NCBI GenBank assembly: GCA_023229365.1
Contig: JALNZK010000003.1
Location: 10,339 to 74,338, forward strand
Length of the DNA stretch: 64,000 nucleotides
Direction: 5' to 3'
DNA from: Pseudomonadota bacterium
GTDB taxonomy: Bacteria; Myxococcota_A; Polyangia; JAAYKL01
Shown here: positions 25,093-33,317 of the stretch, piece after piece
Layout: every line of letters starts with the position of its first letter
Position numbering within the stretch: the first letter of the stretch is position 1
The notes under the pieces: generated by a model
Database searches by the model: none
What the model saw: the letters and a program-made list of their open reading frames with translations, nothing else
Told to the model about the DNA's origin: nothing
Position numbers and translations under genes: made by a program

Positions 25093-25396
25093 GGCGATCA
25101 CCTATGTATATCCTTCCGATTTCTATGGTTTTTAATTCTAAGTTTTCTAACCGAGTCAACGAAGATTCGAATTTATCATCCGATTCGCTGGTTATTGTAA
25201 TCCGGACCTCTTTTAGATTCCCTCTGGCGTCATACTCTTCTAACCCATGCTCCTCAAATCTATTTGCCACCTTTTCAATCCAATTGGTCATCTCCTCTTT
25301 GAACCTGTTTATTAAATCAAATTTATCCGTTCCCTTTCCACTGATTATAAAGGAAGAAGATGACGAATTTGATACAAATCCAGATCTAGTAATCAT
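25082..25396 (-). CDS. tagged small protein P1
   Basis: MITRSGFVSNSSSSSFIISGKG...; the ATG overlaps the stop of the upstream membrane-protein gene (ATGA). Confidence 0.7.
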   Translation of the reverse strand: MITRSGFVSNSSSSSFIISGKGTDKFDLINRFKEEMTNWIEKVANRFEEHGLEEYDARGNLKEVRITITSESDDKFESSLTRLENLELKTIEIGRIYIGDRRDY

Positions 25397-25593
25397 TTTC
25401 TATTCTCCCAACCCATCAAGAATCCAAATACAGCAACAAAAACTATTCCTAATCCGAAACTCCAAGGTCTAAGATCAAATAATCCGTTAGGAGACGGAAT
25501 TGCATCTCCTAGATAAATAACCCTTAAAATTAGGAATCCTACGACACCTATAATTAAGGCGACGACTTCGTTATTTTTCATCTTCCCTCCCAT
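25393..25593 (-). CDS. small membrane protein (66 aa, two TM helices)
   Basis: VVALIIGVVGFLILRVIYL and FGLGIVFVAVFGFLMGW; translationally coupled to P1. Confidence 0.55.
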   Translation of the reverse strand: MGGKMKNNEVVALIIGVVGFLILRVIYLGDAIPSPNGLFDLRPWSFGLGIVFVAVFGFLMGWENRK

Positions 25594-26042
25594 AACATAT
25601 CAATAGCAACAGCATATTTCTTTCTCATTCTGTCCGCCGTCTCTGGCGGAAGTCCTCTCATTCGGCAGTCGCTTGAATTGTGCGCCACGTCTTCCCACTT
25701 TACGTTAACCGCTATTTTACCTGCGGCGAGGACTCTCTTAAGGTAGTCCACATACGGCTCGTTTTTAATATGAGTAAGAGCTACTAACGCACTCACTTCC
25801 TCTTCTGTCATATCTATTCTGTCTGTGATATCAGAGATGGTTATCTGCGGGCAATCTTCGAGTACATCATGAAGGACCGCAATCACTCTTTCGGGTTCGG
25901 TTTTCATTTGGAGCATTACATATAACGGATGAAGTATATAAGGAAGTCCAACTTTATCTAACTGCCCCACATGGCCCGCAACAGCGATCATAATCGCAAT
26001 ATCAAGTCTTGATGTTCCTTCGACGGGTTCTATTCTCGGCAT
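25578..26042 (-). CDS. HD-domain (p)ppGpp hydrolase-like small alarmone hydrolase
   Basis: IAVAGHVGQLDKVGLPYILHPLYV ... AVLHDVLEDC pattern of the SpoT/Mesh1-type HD domain; 154 aa. Confidence 0.7.
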   Translation of the reverse strand: MPRIEPVEGTSRLDIAIMIAVAGHVGQLDKVGLPYILHPLYVMLQMKTEPERVIAVLHDVLEDCPQITISDITDRIDMTEEEVSALVALTHIKNEPYVDYLKRVLAAGKIAVNVKWEDVAHNSSDCRMRGLPPETADRMRKKYAVAIDMLWEGR

Positions 26043-26061
26043 ACCTACACCTTGTCTCTAC

Positions 26062-26072
26062 TACTATTTAAT
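26062..26072 (-). promoter_or_regulatory. ATTAAATAGTA promoter box
   Basis: 19 nt upstream of ATG 26042. Likely the start of the operon HD - membrane - P1..P6 - rSAM. Confidence 0.5.
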
Positions 26073-26082
26073 CCTGGCGGCA

Positions 26083-26838
26083 CTAATATCTCATCACGTA
26101 AGGCAATCTTTTCTCAACAATTCCTTTTGCCGATTCTACGTCCCCTCTATAGATATGTAACGAATCGTTTTTATCTAATAATCTATATATTTTACAGTTG
26201 TTGGGTCCATACACGTATTTATTCATCATCCAGGTAATCGCGATTAGATTAGGTTGCCACGCATTAAATAGATCCCGAGACCTCCAATCTAAATGAAGAT
26301 CCGCGAAGTTAACTTCGTTTTCCTCTCCGATCCAGCGGGACCATATGCGCTGCATGCAGGGTGAAGCGTTATTTACAACATCCGCTTCTGGCTCCCATGT
26401 AATCGCCTGAGACCTGTTAGAGGCAATCCTATTGTTTATCTGATCTTCTAGTTGGTCTCTTAATACTTTTAGTTGGTCTACGGTTTTATTTTCGCTTTTA
26501 TATTGAACTATCCTTTCTATGTACAAATATGTAAACTTCTTTTCTTCGGGCCAATCGTTATATCCAGCGAGAAAATCAACATCAAATTCTCGTTTATATT
26601 GGTCAATAGATTTAAAAGAAAAATCTGGATGTAAAACTCCATTAGACATCTGATCTATAGCATTTCCCGTTAATTCTATTACTTGACAGGAGTCTTTTAT
26701 ATATTTAGGTTCCTCCACAGAACCGAATATAACATCCGTATTTGATTTTAAGACATTATTTATTGCGGTTAACCACGCTACATTAAAATCTCCCGATTTT
26801 ACCATATACATTTTAGATAGCTTCATCCCATTCCTCAT
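26083..26838 (-). CDS. thymidylate synthase (ThyA) superfamily protein; could be TS or a pyrimidine hydroxymethylase
   Basis: NRSQAITWEPE...ASPCMQRIW (catalytic Cys context), LDWRSRDLFNAWQPNLIA (QRSxD-like), DSLHIY. Confidence 0.5.
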   Translation of the reverse strand: MRNGMKLSKMYMVKSGDFNVAWLTAINNVLKSNTDVIFGSVEEPKYIKDSCQVIELTGNAIDQMSNGVLHPDFSFKSIDQYKREFDVDFLAGYNDWPEEKKFTYLYIERIVQYKSENKTVDQLKVLRDQLEDQINNRIASNRSQAITWEPEADVVNNASPCMQRIWSRWIGEENEVNFADLHLDWRSRDLFNAWQPNLIAITWMMNKYVYGPNNCKIYRLLDKNDSLHIYRGDVESAKGIVEKRLPYVMRY

Positions 26839-27004
26839 ATTTAATAATAATTTTATTGATTTCTTCTTGCGTCCAAGGCGGTCTCTTGTATAATGAATCT
26901 ACCAATATTACATCTTTTTCTCTAAAAATTGAAACAATCAGATTGTTTAGAATCAACTTGTGAGAAACAGACATTTTACACCTCTCTTTTGGTTCACCCC
27001 ACAA
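26813..27004 (-). CDS. hypothetical protein (63 aa), paralog of 27367..27588
   Basis: Shared motif ILVDSLY..PPWTQEEI versus ILIDSIY..KPWTQEDI. Confidence 0.45.
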   Translation of the reverse strand: MWGEPKERCKMSVSHKLILNNLIVSIFREKDVILVDSLYKRPPWTQEEINKIIIKYEEWDEAI

Positions 27005-27197
27005 AAGAAATAGACGAATTAAAAAGACTTAAGACGAATGACATAGCAATAAATATAAAAATTAAATACATGCTAAGGGCAAATACGTCAGCGCAAAATT
27101 CTCTTTTATTCGGAACTAATATACCCGCAATAAAACTTATGGAAGCGGACCCAGTAAACCATAGAGCCATTTTAATGCAAGAAAGTTCTAGAATCAT
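26994..27197 (-). CDS. small membrane protein (67 aa)
   Basis: Two hydrophobic helices. Confidence 0.5.
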   Translation of the reverse strand: MILELSCIKMALWFTGSASISFIAGILVPNKREFCADVFALSMYLIFIFIAMSFVLSLFNSSISFVG

Positions 27198-27361
27198 CCG
27201 AATAACACTCCCATAAGCATTTCAAACAACCCTGTAACTATAAAAATCGCAGCAACAGCAACAGCGACGAGAAAATTAGACCTTTGGTGTAAAAATATTG
27301 AAATCACATTAAAAATCATCCCAATCACTATTTGGATCATCCCAATCAAAACAAGATTCAT
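27194..27361 (-). CDS. small membrane protein (55 aa)
   Basis: Hand translation: MNLVLIGMIQIVIGMIFNVISIF...VAVAVAAIFIVTGLFEMLMGVLFG. SD GGAGG; ATGA overlap downstream. Confidence 0.45.
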   Translation of the reverse strand: MNLVLIGMIQIVIGMIFNVISIFLHQRSNFLVAVAVAAIFIVTGLFEMLMGVLFG

Positions 27362-27366
27362 ATTAA

Positions 27367-27588
27367 TTACCTCCTTATCATTTCCGATCTTTCAATCATC
27401 TTTCTTTCGCCAGAAGAAATCCATCTCTCAATTCCATAATACAGAGAAATTTTACCTAAATCGGCATCAATATCTTCTTGAGTCCAAGGTTTATTCATAT
27501 AAATAGAATCTATTAAAATACCGACCTCATCACAAATTGAGATAACCATGTGGGAGGGAAATGTATCGCACACCGCAAGTATGGTCAT
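27367..27588 (-). CDS. hypothetical protein (73 aa)
   Basis: ATG 27588 overlaps the upstream stop (ATGA). The ORF track start at 27615 is less likely. Confidence 0.45.
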   Translation of the reverse strand: MTILAVCDTFPSHMVISICDEVGILIDSIYMNKPWTQEDIDADLGKISLYYGIERWISSGERKMIERSEMIRR

Positions 27589-27782
27589 GGCGCACGCTCC
27601 ACCACTTTTAACCACTCTTTGGGATAAAATAAATATTGATTAGTATCTAGGACTTTAATGTATACGTCCTTCGAGTTCGGAGTTAAAATGTTGTTAACTC
27701 TAGCCCGCTTCCCTGCCAGACTATTTCCATCGAAATCTTCTCCTTTAATTATGAGAACTATATCGCAAACTTGGAAGGACAT
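27585..27782 (-). CDS. hypothetical protein (65 aa)
   Basis: ORF track; dominant strand. Confidence 0.45.
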   Translation of the reverse strand: MSFQVCDIVLIIKGEDFDGNSLAGKRARVNNILTPNSKDVYIKVLDTNQYLFYPKEWLKVVERAP

Positions 27783-27785
27783 GGA

Positions 27786-28043
27786 TTATGCTCCATATTT
27801 TGACAATTCGTCATCAATTGTCATTAAATCTCTCGCAATTGAAGATCTCTTTTGGAGAAGTTCCGATACCTCTTCAATGAAAAGGTATTCTCCTTTATCG
27901 AATATTTTTATTTTGCCTTTTTTCTCCTTTTTATTACTTCCATAAGATGTAATTATAAGAGTCGCATATTCGGCATCAGATCTAGATTTTAACCAACGGA
28001 CCAGAACAAAATAGGGAAGAATCTTCCATAGAGAGCGATACAA
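27786..28043 (-). CDS. hypothetical protein (85 aa)
   Basis: ORF track; dominant strand. Confidence 0.45.
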   Translation of the reverse strand: MYRSLWKILPYFVLVRWLKSRSDAEYATLIITSYGSNKKEKKGKIKIFDKGEYLFIEEVSELLQKRSSIARDLMTIDDELSKYGA

Positions 28044-28046
28044 TTT

Positions 28047-28268
28047 TCACTCCTCCCCGTCGTCGTCATTCTCATAATACTCTTTATCGAAGTCTTTTGA
28101 ATAAATTCCAGGCGACGCCATAATATCTCGTTCCTCGTCTACAAAATAAAATTGAATACCGACAAACTGCCATTTTCCGGGCATCACCCCTTCGGTTTGG
28201 CTCTTGAAAGACTCATACAATTCTTCTACGGTGATTCCTTTTCGCAGACGTTCCATGATTTCTTTCAT
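28047..28268 (-). CDS. hypothetical acidic protein (73 aa)
   Basis: ORF track; dominant strand. Confidence 0.45.
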   Translation of the reverse strand: MKEIMERLRKGITVEELYESFKSQTEGVMPGKWQFVGIQFYFVDEERDIMASPGIYSKDFDKEYYENDDDGEE

Positions 28269-28269
28269 G

Positions 28270-28482
28270 TTAGTACTTCCTTAACGCCGACAGCGCCCGC
28301 GAGAGGTCCATAGAAGCCCTTCTAACCGCACCAGATTCTTTGGGGCAGGACGGAATATGTGTATATTCCTTTTCTCCAACAAAATACCTTACCGTTATTT
28401 TCTGTTCGTTCTGGAGTTCTTTTACCCGATCTAAGAATCTTTTAGCCTCTTCGACCGCCGTTTTTAGTTTCTTTTCATCCAT
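28270..28482 (-). CDS. hypothetical protein (70 aa)
   Basis: ORF track; dominant strand. Confidence 0.45.
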   Translation of the reverse strand: MDEKKLKTAVEEAKRFLDRVKELQNEQKITVRYFVGEKEYTHIPSCPKESGAVRRASMDLSRALSALRKY

Positions 28483-28485
28483 AAA

Positions 28486-28836
28486 TTAATCTCCTCTTAA
28501 ATACTTCTCTCTATCTTCCGTCACCATCCAAGAAAAATCATCCTTGATAATTCCAGAATCTACTTTAGACTTATAGCCATTAAAATTAGGATCTCTGCAC
28601 CCGTGATCGCTCATCTCAAAGGAGAAATTTGTATTAGCGCATCCCGATCTACTTCTTATTTCATTCCAGATGGATTTATCAAGGATAAAACCTCTAATAA
28701 TTTCAAAAAATGATTCAAAATCAATATTAAGTTTAGCCGCCTCCCTCATATAACAAAGATGATACTCCCCATTTTTATTAGTAGCGATCTCCTTCGCCAT
28801 TTTATCGATAAACCAACTTCGGATTTCTTTGGACAT
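28486..28836 (-). CDS. hypothetical protein (116 aa)
   Basis: ORF track; dominant strand. Confidence 0.5.
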   Translation of the reverse strand: MSKEIRSWFIDKMAKEIATNKNGEYHLCYMREAAKLNIDFESFFEIIRGFILDKSIWNEIRSRSGCANTNFSFEMSDHGCRDPNFNGYKSKVDSGIIKDDFSWMVTEDREKYLRGD

Positions 28837-28849
28837 ACCCTCTCCCTCC

Positions 28850-28999
28850 TCAATTACTACAAAAATGTCTTATGTGTGAACTGCAACGTTCGGCAAATAC
28901 CGAAAATAATTCTCCGGCTTCTCTATTTATTACGTGTCCACATACGGGACACTTAAATTTAGAAAGGTCTTCTATGTAGTGCCACACATCTAACGCCAT
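28850..28999 (-). CDS. small Cys-containing protein (49 aa)
   Basis: Hand translation: MALDVWHYIEDLSKFKCPVCGHVINREAGELF... Confidence 0.35.
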   Translation of the reverse strand: MALDVWHYIEDLSKFKCPVCGHVINREAGELFSVFAERCSSHIRHFCSN

Positions 29000-29023
29000 A
29001 TTAAAGAATATGTGGGATTAGTA

Positions 29024-29347
29024 TTAATAGTTTGCGAGGCAATTACTACAACCAATTATATCGCCTTCGAAAGACAACATATCAATCCTTTTGCACATCG
29101 GACACTCTTCTTCAACCCAAGAATAACATCCAATCTTTAAGCCTTCTAAAGGCTCAACAACGTGGCCTTCTTTGAATCTTGTAACATCTACGTCTCGCTG
29201 CCACAGAACCCTTATATCTATCCAATCGTAGAGGTCTAGCCCCGATTTCCAAGCTAACTTCTTGGCATCTCTCGCGGTCTTAGCGACAATAGAAAACCCC
29301 TCACATTCGTCCGGATCGGGTTTAACGAAATAACACTTAAGGGTCAT
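29024..29347 (-). CDS. hypothetical protein (107 aa) with C-terminal CxxC..CxxC
   Basis: ORF track; CPMC...CSNC. Confidence 0.5.
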   Translation of the reverse strand: MTLKCYFVKPDPDECEGFSIVAKTARDAKKLAWKSGLDLYDWIDIRVLWQRDVDVTRFKEGHVVEPLEGLKIGCYSWVEEECPMCKRIDMLSFEGDIIGCSNCLANY

Positions 29348-29579
29348 TAAACACCACGTTCTGTAGTTGAAATTTAGGTTCCGTCCTGGTTATTACCAAG
29401 ATCCCATTATATCTCTTCAAATCAGATTTAATTAAGATATTTGTATAATCTCGCAAGTCTAGTCTCATATCTTTTGGGTAGTCTCTTGGTATGTAGGAAA
29501 TGTAGTCTCCCTCTGAGATTAATTCTTTTAACTCCTTTGGTGCATTGTTGAAGTTCCAAAATTGGATGAATTCTTTCAT
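29337..29579 (-). CDS. hypothetical protein (80 aa)
   Basis: ORF track; dominant strand. Confidence 0.45.
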   Translation of the reverse strand: MKEFIQFWNFNNAPKELKELISEGDYISYIPRDYPKDMRLDLRDYTNILIKSDLKRYNGILVITRTEPKFQLQNVVFNDP

Positions 29580-29767
29580 AGCTTTTTCTCCCTTATTTGA
29601 TTATGCGAGTCCATTAACACTTTAGAGTGAGGTTCCCCATCGGGACCTAATAGAGTAAAAACTTCTCCACACGCCAGACTTTCTAGGTTAACCTCGGATA
29701 TATTTTCTCCCCATTTTAGGGTTCTTGCGTTATCAAAATAATATTTCGGATTATAACCTTCGTTCAT
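29576..29767 (-). CDS. hypothetical protein (63 aa)
   Basis: ORF track; 4-nt overlaps on both sides. Confidence 0.45.
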   Translation of the reverse strand: MNEGYNPKYYFDNARTLKWGENISEVNLESLACGEVFTLLGPDGEPHSKVLMDSHNQIREKKL

Positions 29768-31464
29768 CTCATCACCTCCCTCGCTAATACTCTTTCTGAT
29801 AACTTCTCCTTCTTTTCGAGGATTTTATTTATGCGGGCCTCGATTACACTGTTACTGTTTAATTCATAAAAAGTCATAGGGTGAAGTTGGCCGCGCCTAT
29901 CGATTCTTCCTCGGAGCTGCTCCATACGGCTAAATGTCCATGAAGAATTTATAACAATCATTGATGAACAAAATTGAAGATTTAAACCTTCCTGGGCTTT
30001 TTCTGAAGCTAAGAGAATCCTAGTATCTCCTCTGAACTTCTCAAGTTCGTCTTCAGTGTCATAACTCCCGGCAACCATAGCGCAGTCCTCATTTGTAAGA
30101 CACCTTTTTACGAGTTCCAGAGCTTTTACATAGGTTGAAAATACAATGATTTTTTCTCTGCCCGATTCTTCCAAAATATCTTTTACCTCTAGAAGTCTTG
30201 GTGTTAATTCTATGTCTTCTGGTTTAATTTTGCCTTCTAATAGTTCTTGAACTTTGCTTGGAATATATTCAATAGACTCATTGCTATTCCCCTCGATCTG
30301 ACTCCACAAGTCTAGACCTCTCGGTGCGTCCAAAACCGCTATCGGGAGGAGCGATGGGCTTATGAGATTTTCGCGGCTATACGTGAAGTATTTAAGAACA
30401 TTATTTGGGTCCTCTTTTGCCAGTTCCAAGAGTCTTTTTTCTATTCGTTTCTGCTCCTTGGAGAGTTCTACGGTTCTTGTAATTATTGAAGTTGGTGGCA
30501 AATTTAATACTTCGCGTTTTTCTTTCCGGATCATAAGGGGTTTAATAAGTTCTCGGAACTCGTCTACATTACGTTCTCCCCGGATTTGCCAGTAAGATCT
30601 CCCGTTAGAACCTTGTCTTAGTTCTCTGACAAGGAACATTTCTGCAAATTTTTCATAAGACGGGATAAAGCCCGGACTAACTATATTTAATATTGTATAA
30701 AATTCTCCTAAATTATTATCAATTGGTTGTCCCGTTAAACCTATACAAGAGAACGTCTTGCTTCTTAGATCTATGCAGGCTTTTGTTCTCTTGGACTCCC
30801 TGTTTTTTATACGCATAACTTCGTCAAATATTAATAATCCATTCCTGTTTAAATACAATTTAGCTTTATCAAGATCTGTTTTTTGTCTCATTAAGTCATA
30901 AGAGCAGATAACATATTGGCACTCTTTTGCGAGTTTCCACTGCTTCTCTCTTTTCTCTCTTGATCCATCGATTACTATTCTACTTGGATCTAGATTATTA
31001 AACTTTTTTAATTCTTCATACCACTGGCCTCTTAATGAAGCGGGGCAAACAACAAGATTTCTTTGTCCCAAGTAATCTGCATACCCTATTGCGGTCGGTG
31101 TCTTGCCGAGGCCTATTGATAGGGCTATTACGCAAGATTGGGCATTTTTAGTAAACTCCAAAGCCTCTTTTTGATAGTCAAGTAACATTTCATATTTAAA
31201 ATTGTCTTCAAAAATTCTAATGGGTCTAAACGCTGTTTTTTGATTGTATTCCTCTAATACAGCTTTTGAAGGTTGTATCCCAAAAGACTCCAACACTTTA
31301 ATTACGTGAGGTTGAAACTCTCCTCCGCGAGCCCAGAAATGACCCAATGGATTGAATGTGAATCCTAATACAGATAATTTATTTCGTAGAGAGGTAGAGC
31401 TATCTGTAAGGACAGCTAAAACTCTCTCTTTGAAGCCTTGAGGCGTTCCAAATTTCATTTCCAC
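29764..31464 (-). CDS. SNF2-family (SF2) helicase/translocase
   Basis: Walker A SIGLGKTP, DExx FDEVMRIKN, LTGQPIDNNLGEFYTILN, C-terminal helicase motif QLRGRIDRRGQ. Confidence 0.8.
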   Translation of the reverse strand: MEMKFGTPQGFKERVLAVLTDSSTSLRNKLSVLGFTFNPLGHFWARGGEFQPHVIKVLESFGIQPSKAVLEEYNQKTAFRPIRIFEDNFKYEMLLDYQKEALEFTKNAQSCVIALSIGLGKTPTAIGYADYLGQRNLVVCPASLRGQWYEELKKFNNLDPSRIVIDGSREKREKQWKLAKECQYVICSYDLMRQKTDLDKAKLYLNRNGLLIFDEVMRIKNRESKRTKACIDLRSKTFSCIGLTGQPIDNNLGEFYTILNIVSPGFIPSYEKFAEMFLVRELRQGSNGRSYWQIRGERNVDEFRELIKPLMIRKEKREVLNLPPTSIITRTVELSKEQKRIEKRLLELAKEDPNNVLKYFTYSRENLISPSLLPIAVLDAPRGLDLWSQIEGNSNESIEYIPSKVQELLEGKIKPEDIELTPRLLEVKDILEESGREKIIVFSTYVKALELVKRCLTNEDCAMVAGSYDTEDELEKFRGDTRILLASEKAQEGLNLQFCSSMIVINSSWTFSRMEQLRGRIDRRGQLHPMTFYELNSNSVIEARINKILEKKEKLSERVLAREVMR

Positions 31465-31925
31465 GGTACGAACCCCAATATACCCATATACGTATATCCA
31501 ATTAACCCATCTGGATTAGTAGTAATAATGTGGTCTCCAATGCCTTCTCCACCATAATCTTCTCCACTTACAAGTTGAGTAGTTCTATAGAATTTATATA
31601 ATGCTCGCGTTCCGCTCATGTGAGTGGCATATACCCACATCTCAGGCTCAGTTGCATTAACCCAACATTTACTATTAAGTAATTCTTTTAGACTATCCGT
31701 ACTCGTTACAAATGTATTATCATAGTTCTCTGTAAAAGGAGCAACTACGTGATACAGTCGCACCATCCCTGGTTCCCACGACGAGTATACTTCGCAGACC
31801 GGTTTAACCGAATATAAATGATTTCCTATATGGGTGGTTGTTTCAGTTATTTCAACCGTCGTCTGCGTGCCATCGACCATGTTCATCATAAAAATGAACA
31901 CAAGCGCTCCAATTATTTTCCTCAT
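31455..31925 (-). CDS. secreted protein (signal peptide)
   Basis: The internal ATG at 31925 gives MRKIIGALVFIFMMNMVDG. The ORF track start is 31958. Confidence 0.5.
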   Translation of the reverse strand: MRKIIGALVFIFMMNMVDGTQTTVEITETTTHIGNHLYSVKPVCEVYSSWEPGMVRLYHVVAPFTENYDNTFVTSTDSLKELLNSKCWVNATEPEMWVYATHMSGTRALYKFYRTTQLVSGEDYGGEGIGDHIITTNPDGLIGYTYMGILGFVPWK

Positions 31926-32069
31926 GGTATATCCTCTCTTAATCAAATTCGTGTCCACATCTTTTGCAGGCCCAAAAAGCTTGCGAATAATCCATTTCTA
32001 TAAGTAACTCGATCCAAGTATATCCGCATTTAGGACATTTAGCTGGAAAATTAATTAAACACATTAGGG

Positions 32070-32606
32070 TCACCTAAAACAATTATGTTCCGCCCTTTCT
32101 TCCATCTCTTGTATATAAGAAATAGTATATTGACTCATTAACCAATCATACCTATATTTAATCTCGCGAGCATCCCACAGTGCATGATGTTCAATTTTAT
32201 CTGGCAGATTGGGTAATACAGGATTTACACATTCTGTTGCCATCTGCTTTAAATCTAAACAATACTTTGGCCATCCCACGGGCAAATCGATCATGCGTCC
32301 GAATAATTGGCACAATACAACCCAATCATAGTCACTGTAGTACCCAATCCAACTGGGATTGCTCTTCTGACTAACAAATTCCACAATCTCTTTAGCGATA
32401 ACCCTTCTTCTCTTCCCTTTACTAAAATCCAGGTGCTTTATCACATTATCATAGACCCAATCATCCGCAAGGCTTAATGCGAGTTCAATCTGATCCACTA
32501 CAGCATAATATTCTCTTCCGTCTTCCGCAACAATTCCTATACTCAAAAGCTGAATGGGATAATCGGGACCCGCTTCTATGAATTCGGTGTCTAAAAAGTA
32601 TTTCAT
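32070..32606 (-). CDS. DEDD 3'-5' exo(ribo)nuclease, Rv2179c-like
   Basis: FLDTEFIEAG...LLSIGIVAEDGREYYAV, YYSDYDWVVL, HHALWDA. Confidence 0.65.
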   Translation of the reverse strand: MKYFLDTEFIEAGPDYPIQLLSIGIVAEDGREYYAVVDQIELALSLADDWVYDNVIKHLDFSKGKRRRVIAKEIVEFVSQKSNPSWIGYYSDYDWVVLCQLFGRMIDLPVGWPKYCLDLKQMATECVNPVLPNLPDKIEHHALWDAREIKYRYDWLMSQYTISYIQEMEERAEHNCFR

Positions 32607-32827
32607 CTTTTTGCCTTCTTTCTGTTTCCAATAATATCATAGTCATGTGTATTTTTTTCAGGAACATCACACCTATGAGCATACTCAGTTGTCTTCCCGT
32701 TAATTTTACATTTACCTACATGATCAAAAGTATATAGTTCTTTCCACAATTCACAATTTCCACAAATTCCTTGAACAGGTTTCGCTCTAAAAGCAACTAG
32801 CACATCTCCATCTCCTTCTCCAGCCAA
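32603..32827 (-). CDS. hypothetical protein (74 aa)
   Basis: ORF track; 4-nt overlap downstream. Confidence 0.45.
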   Translation of the reverse strand: MAGEGDGDVLVAFRAKPVQGICGNCELWKELYTFDHVGKCKINGKTTEYAHRCDVPEKNTHDYDIIGNRKKAKR

Positions 32828-33087
32828 TTTAAGAAATCTGCCACATGTTCCAAACCATACCCCGCTTTCCTCGCTCCAGGGCTCAGGAATTCTCTATGGG
32901 CGAATTCATTGAGAACCATTGGATAAGTTCTCCCTTTATTTTCGGGGCGGTCTAGTTCGTCCTGAAGGGCTCCTTTCAATTCCTCTTTGTGTTTCTTGCG
33001 AAGGATTTTAGAGCTATCTGAGTTTTCCATTAATTCGAATATTAAAGCGTATATTCTTCCCTTATTCATTGCTGAACCTCGTCTCAA
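32797..33087 (-). CDS. hypothetical protein (96 aa)
   Basis: ORF track; dominant strand. Confidence 0.45.
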   Translation of the reverse strand: MRRGSAMNKGRIYALIFELMENSDSSKILRKKHKEELKGALQDELDRPENKGRTYPMVLNEFAHREFLSPGARKAGYGLEHVADFLNWLEKEMEMC

Positions 33088-33316
33088 TTATTATTCCTTG
33101 TTTTTCGGCGTGTCTATATGTAGAAAATTCACACTCTTTTAAAAGAAAAAGTTCCGAGTCAGAAACAAAAACTTTTTCTCCTAATCGAACAACCAGGGCC
33201 GTGATAATGCTTTTCGTAAATTCTAACTCTGCTTTTAAATGTTTTGTCTCAATGATTTCTTCACAAAATCCCGCTTTTAAGGCTTCAATTTCATTTTCTA
33301 GATCTTTGGACGACAT
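33062..33316 (-). CDS. hypothetical coiled-coil protein (84 aa)
   Basis: ORF track; dominant strand. Confidence 0.45.
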   Translation of the reverse strand: MSSKDLENEIEALKAGFCEEIIETKHLKAELEFTKSIITALVVRLGEKVFVSDSELFLLKECEFSTYRHAEKQGIIIETRFSNE

Positions 33317-33317
33317 C

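Noticed and set aside
23555-25396. Tandem DNA repeat, or a classical short RiPP precursor array, as explanations for the repeated GFVSNSSSSSF segment.
   Set aside because: It is not a nucleotide repeat, because the Ser, Gly and Phe codons differ between copies. The ORFs are 61-141 aa with folded-looking, mutually unrelated bodies (two with zinc-ribbon modules), unlike typical leader-core peptides. A looser rSAM-substrate relationship is kept as a hypothesis in the findings.
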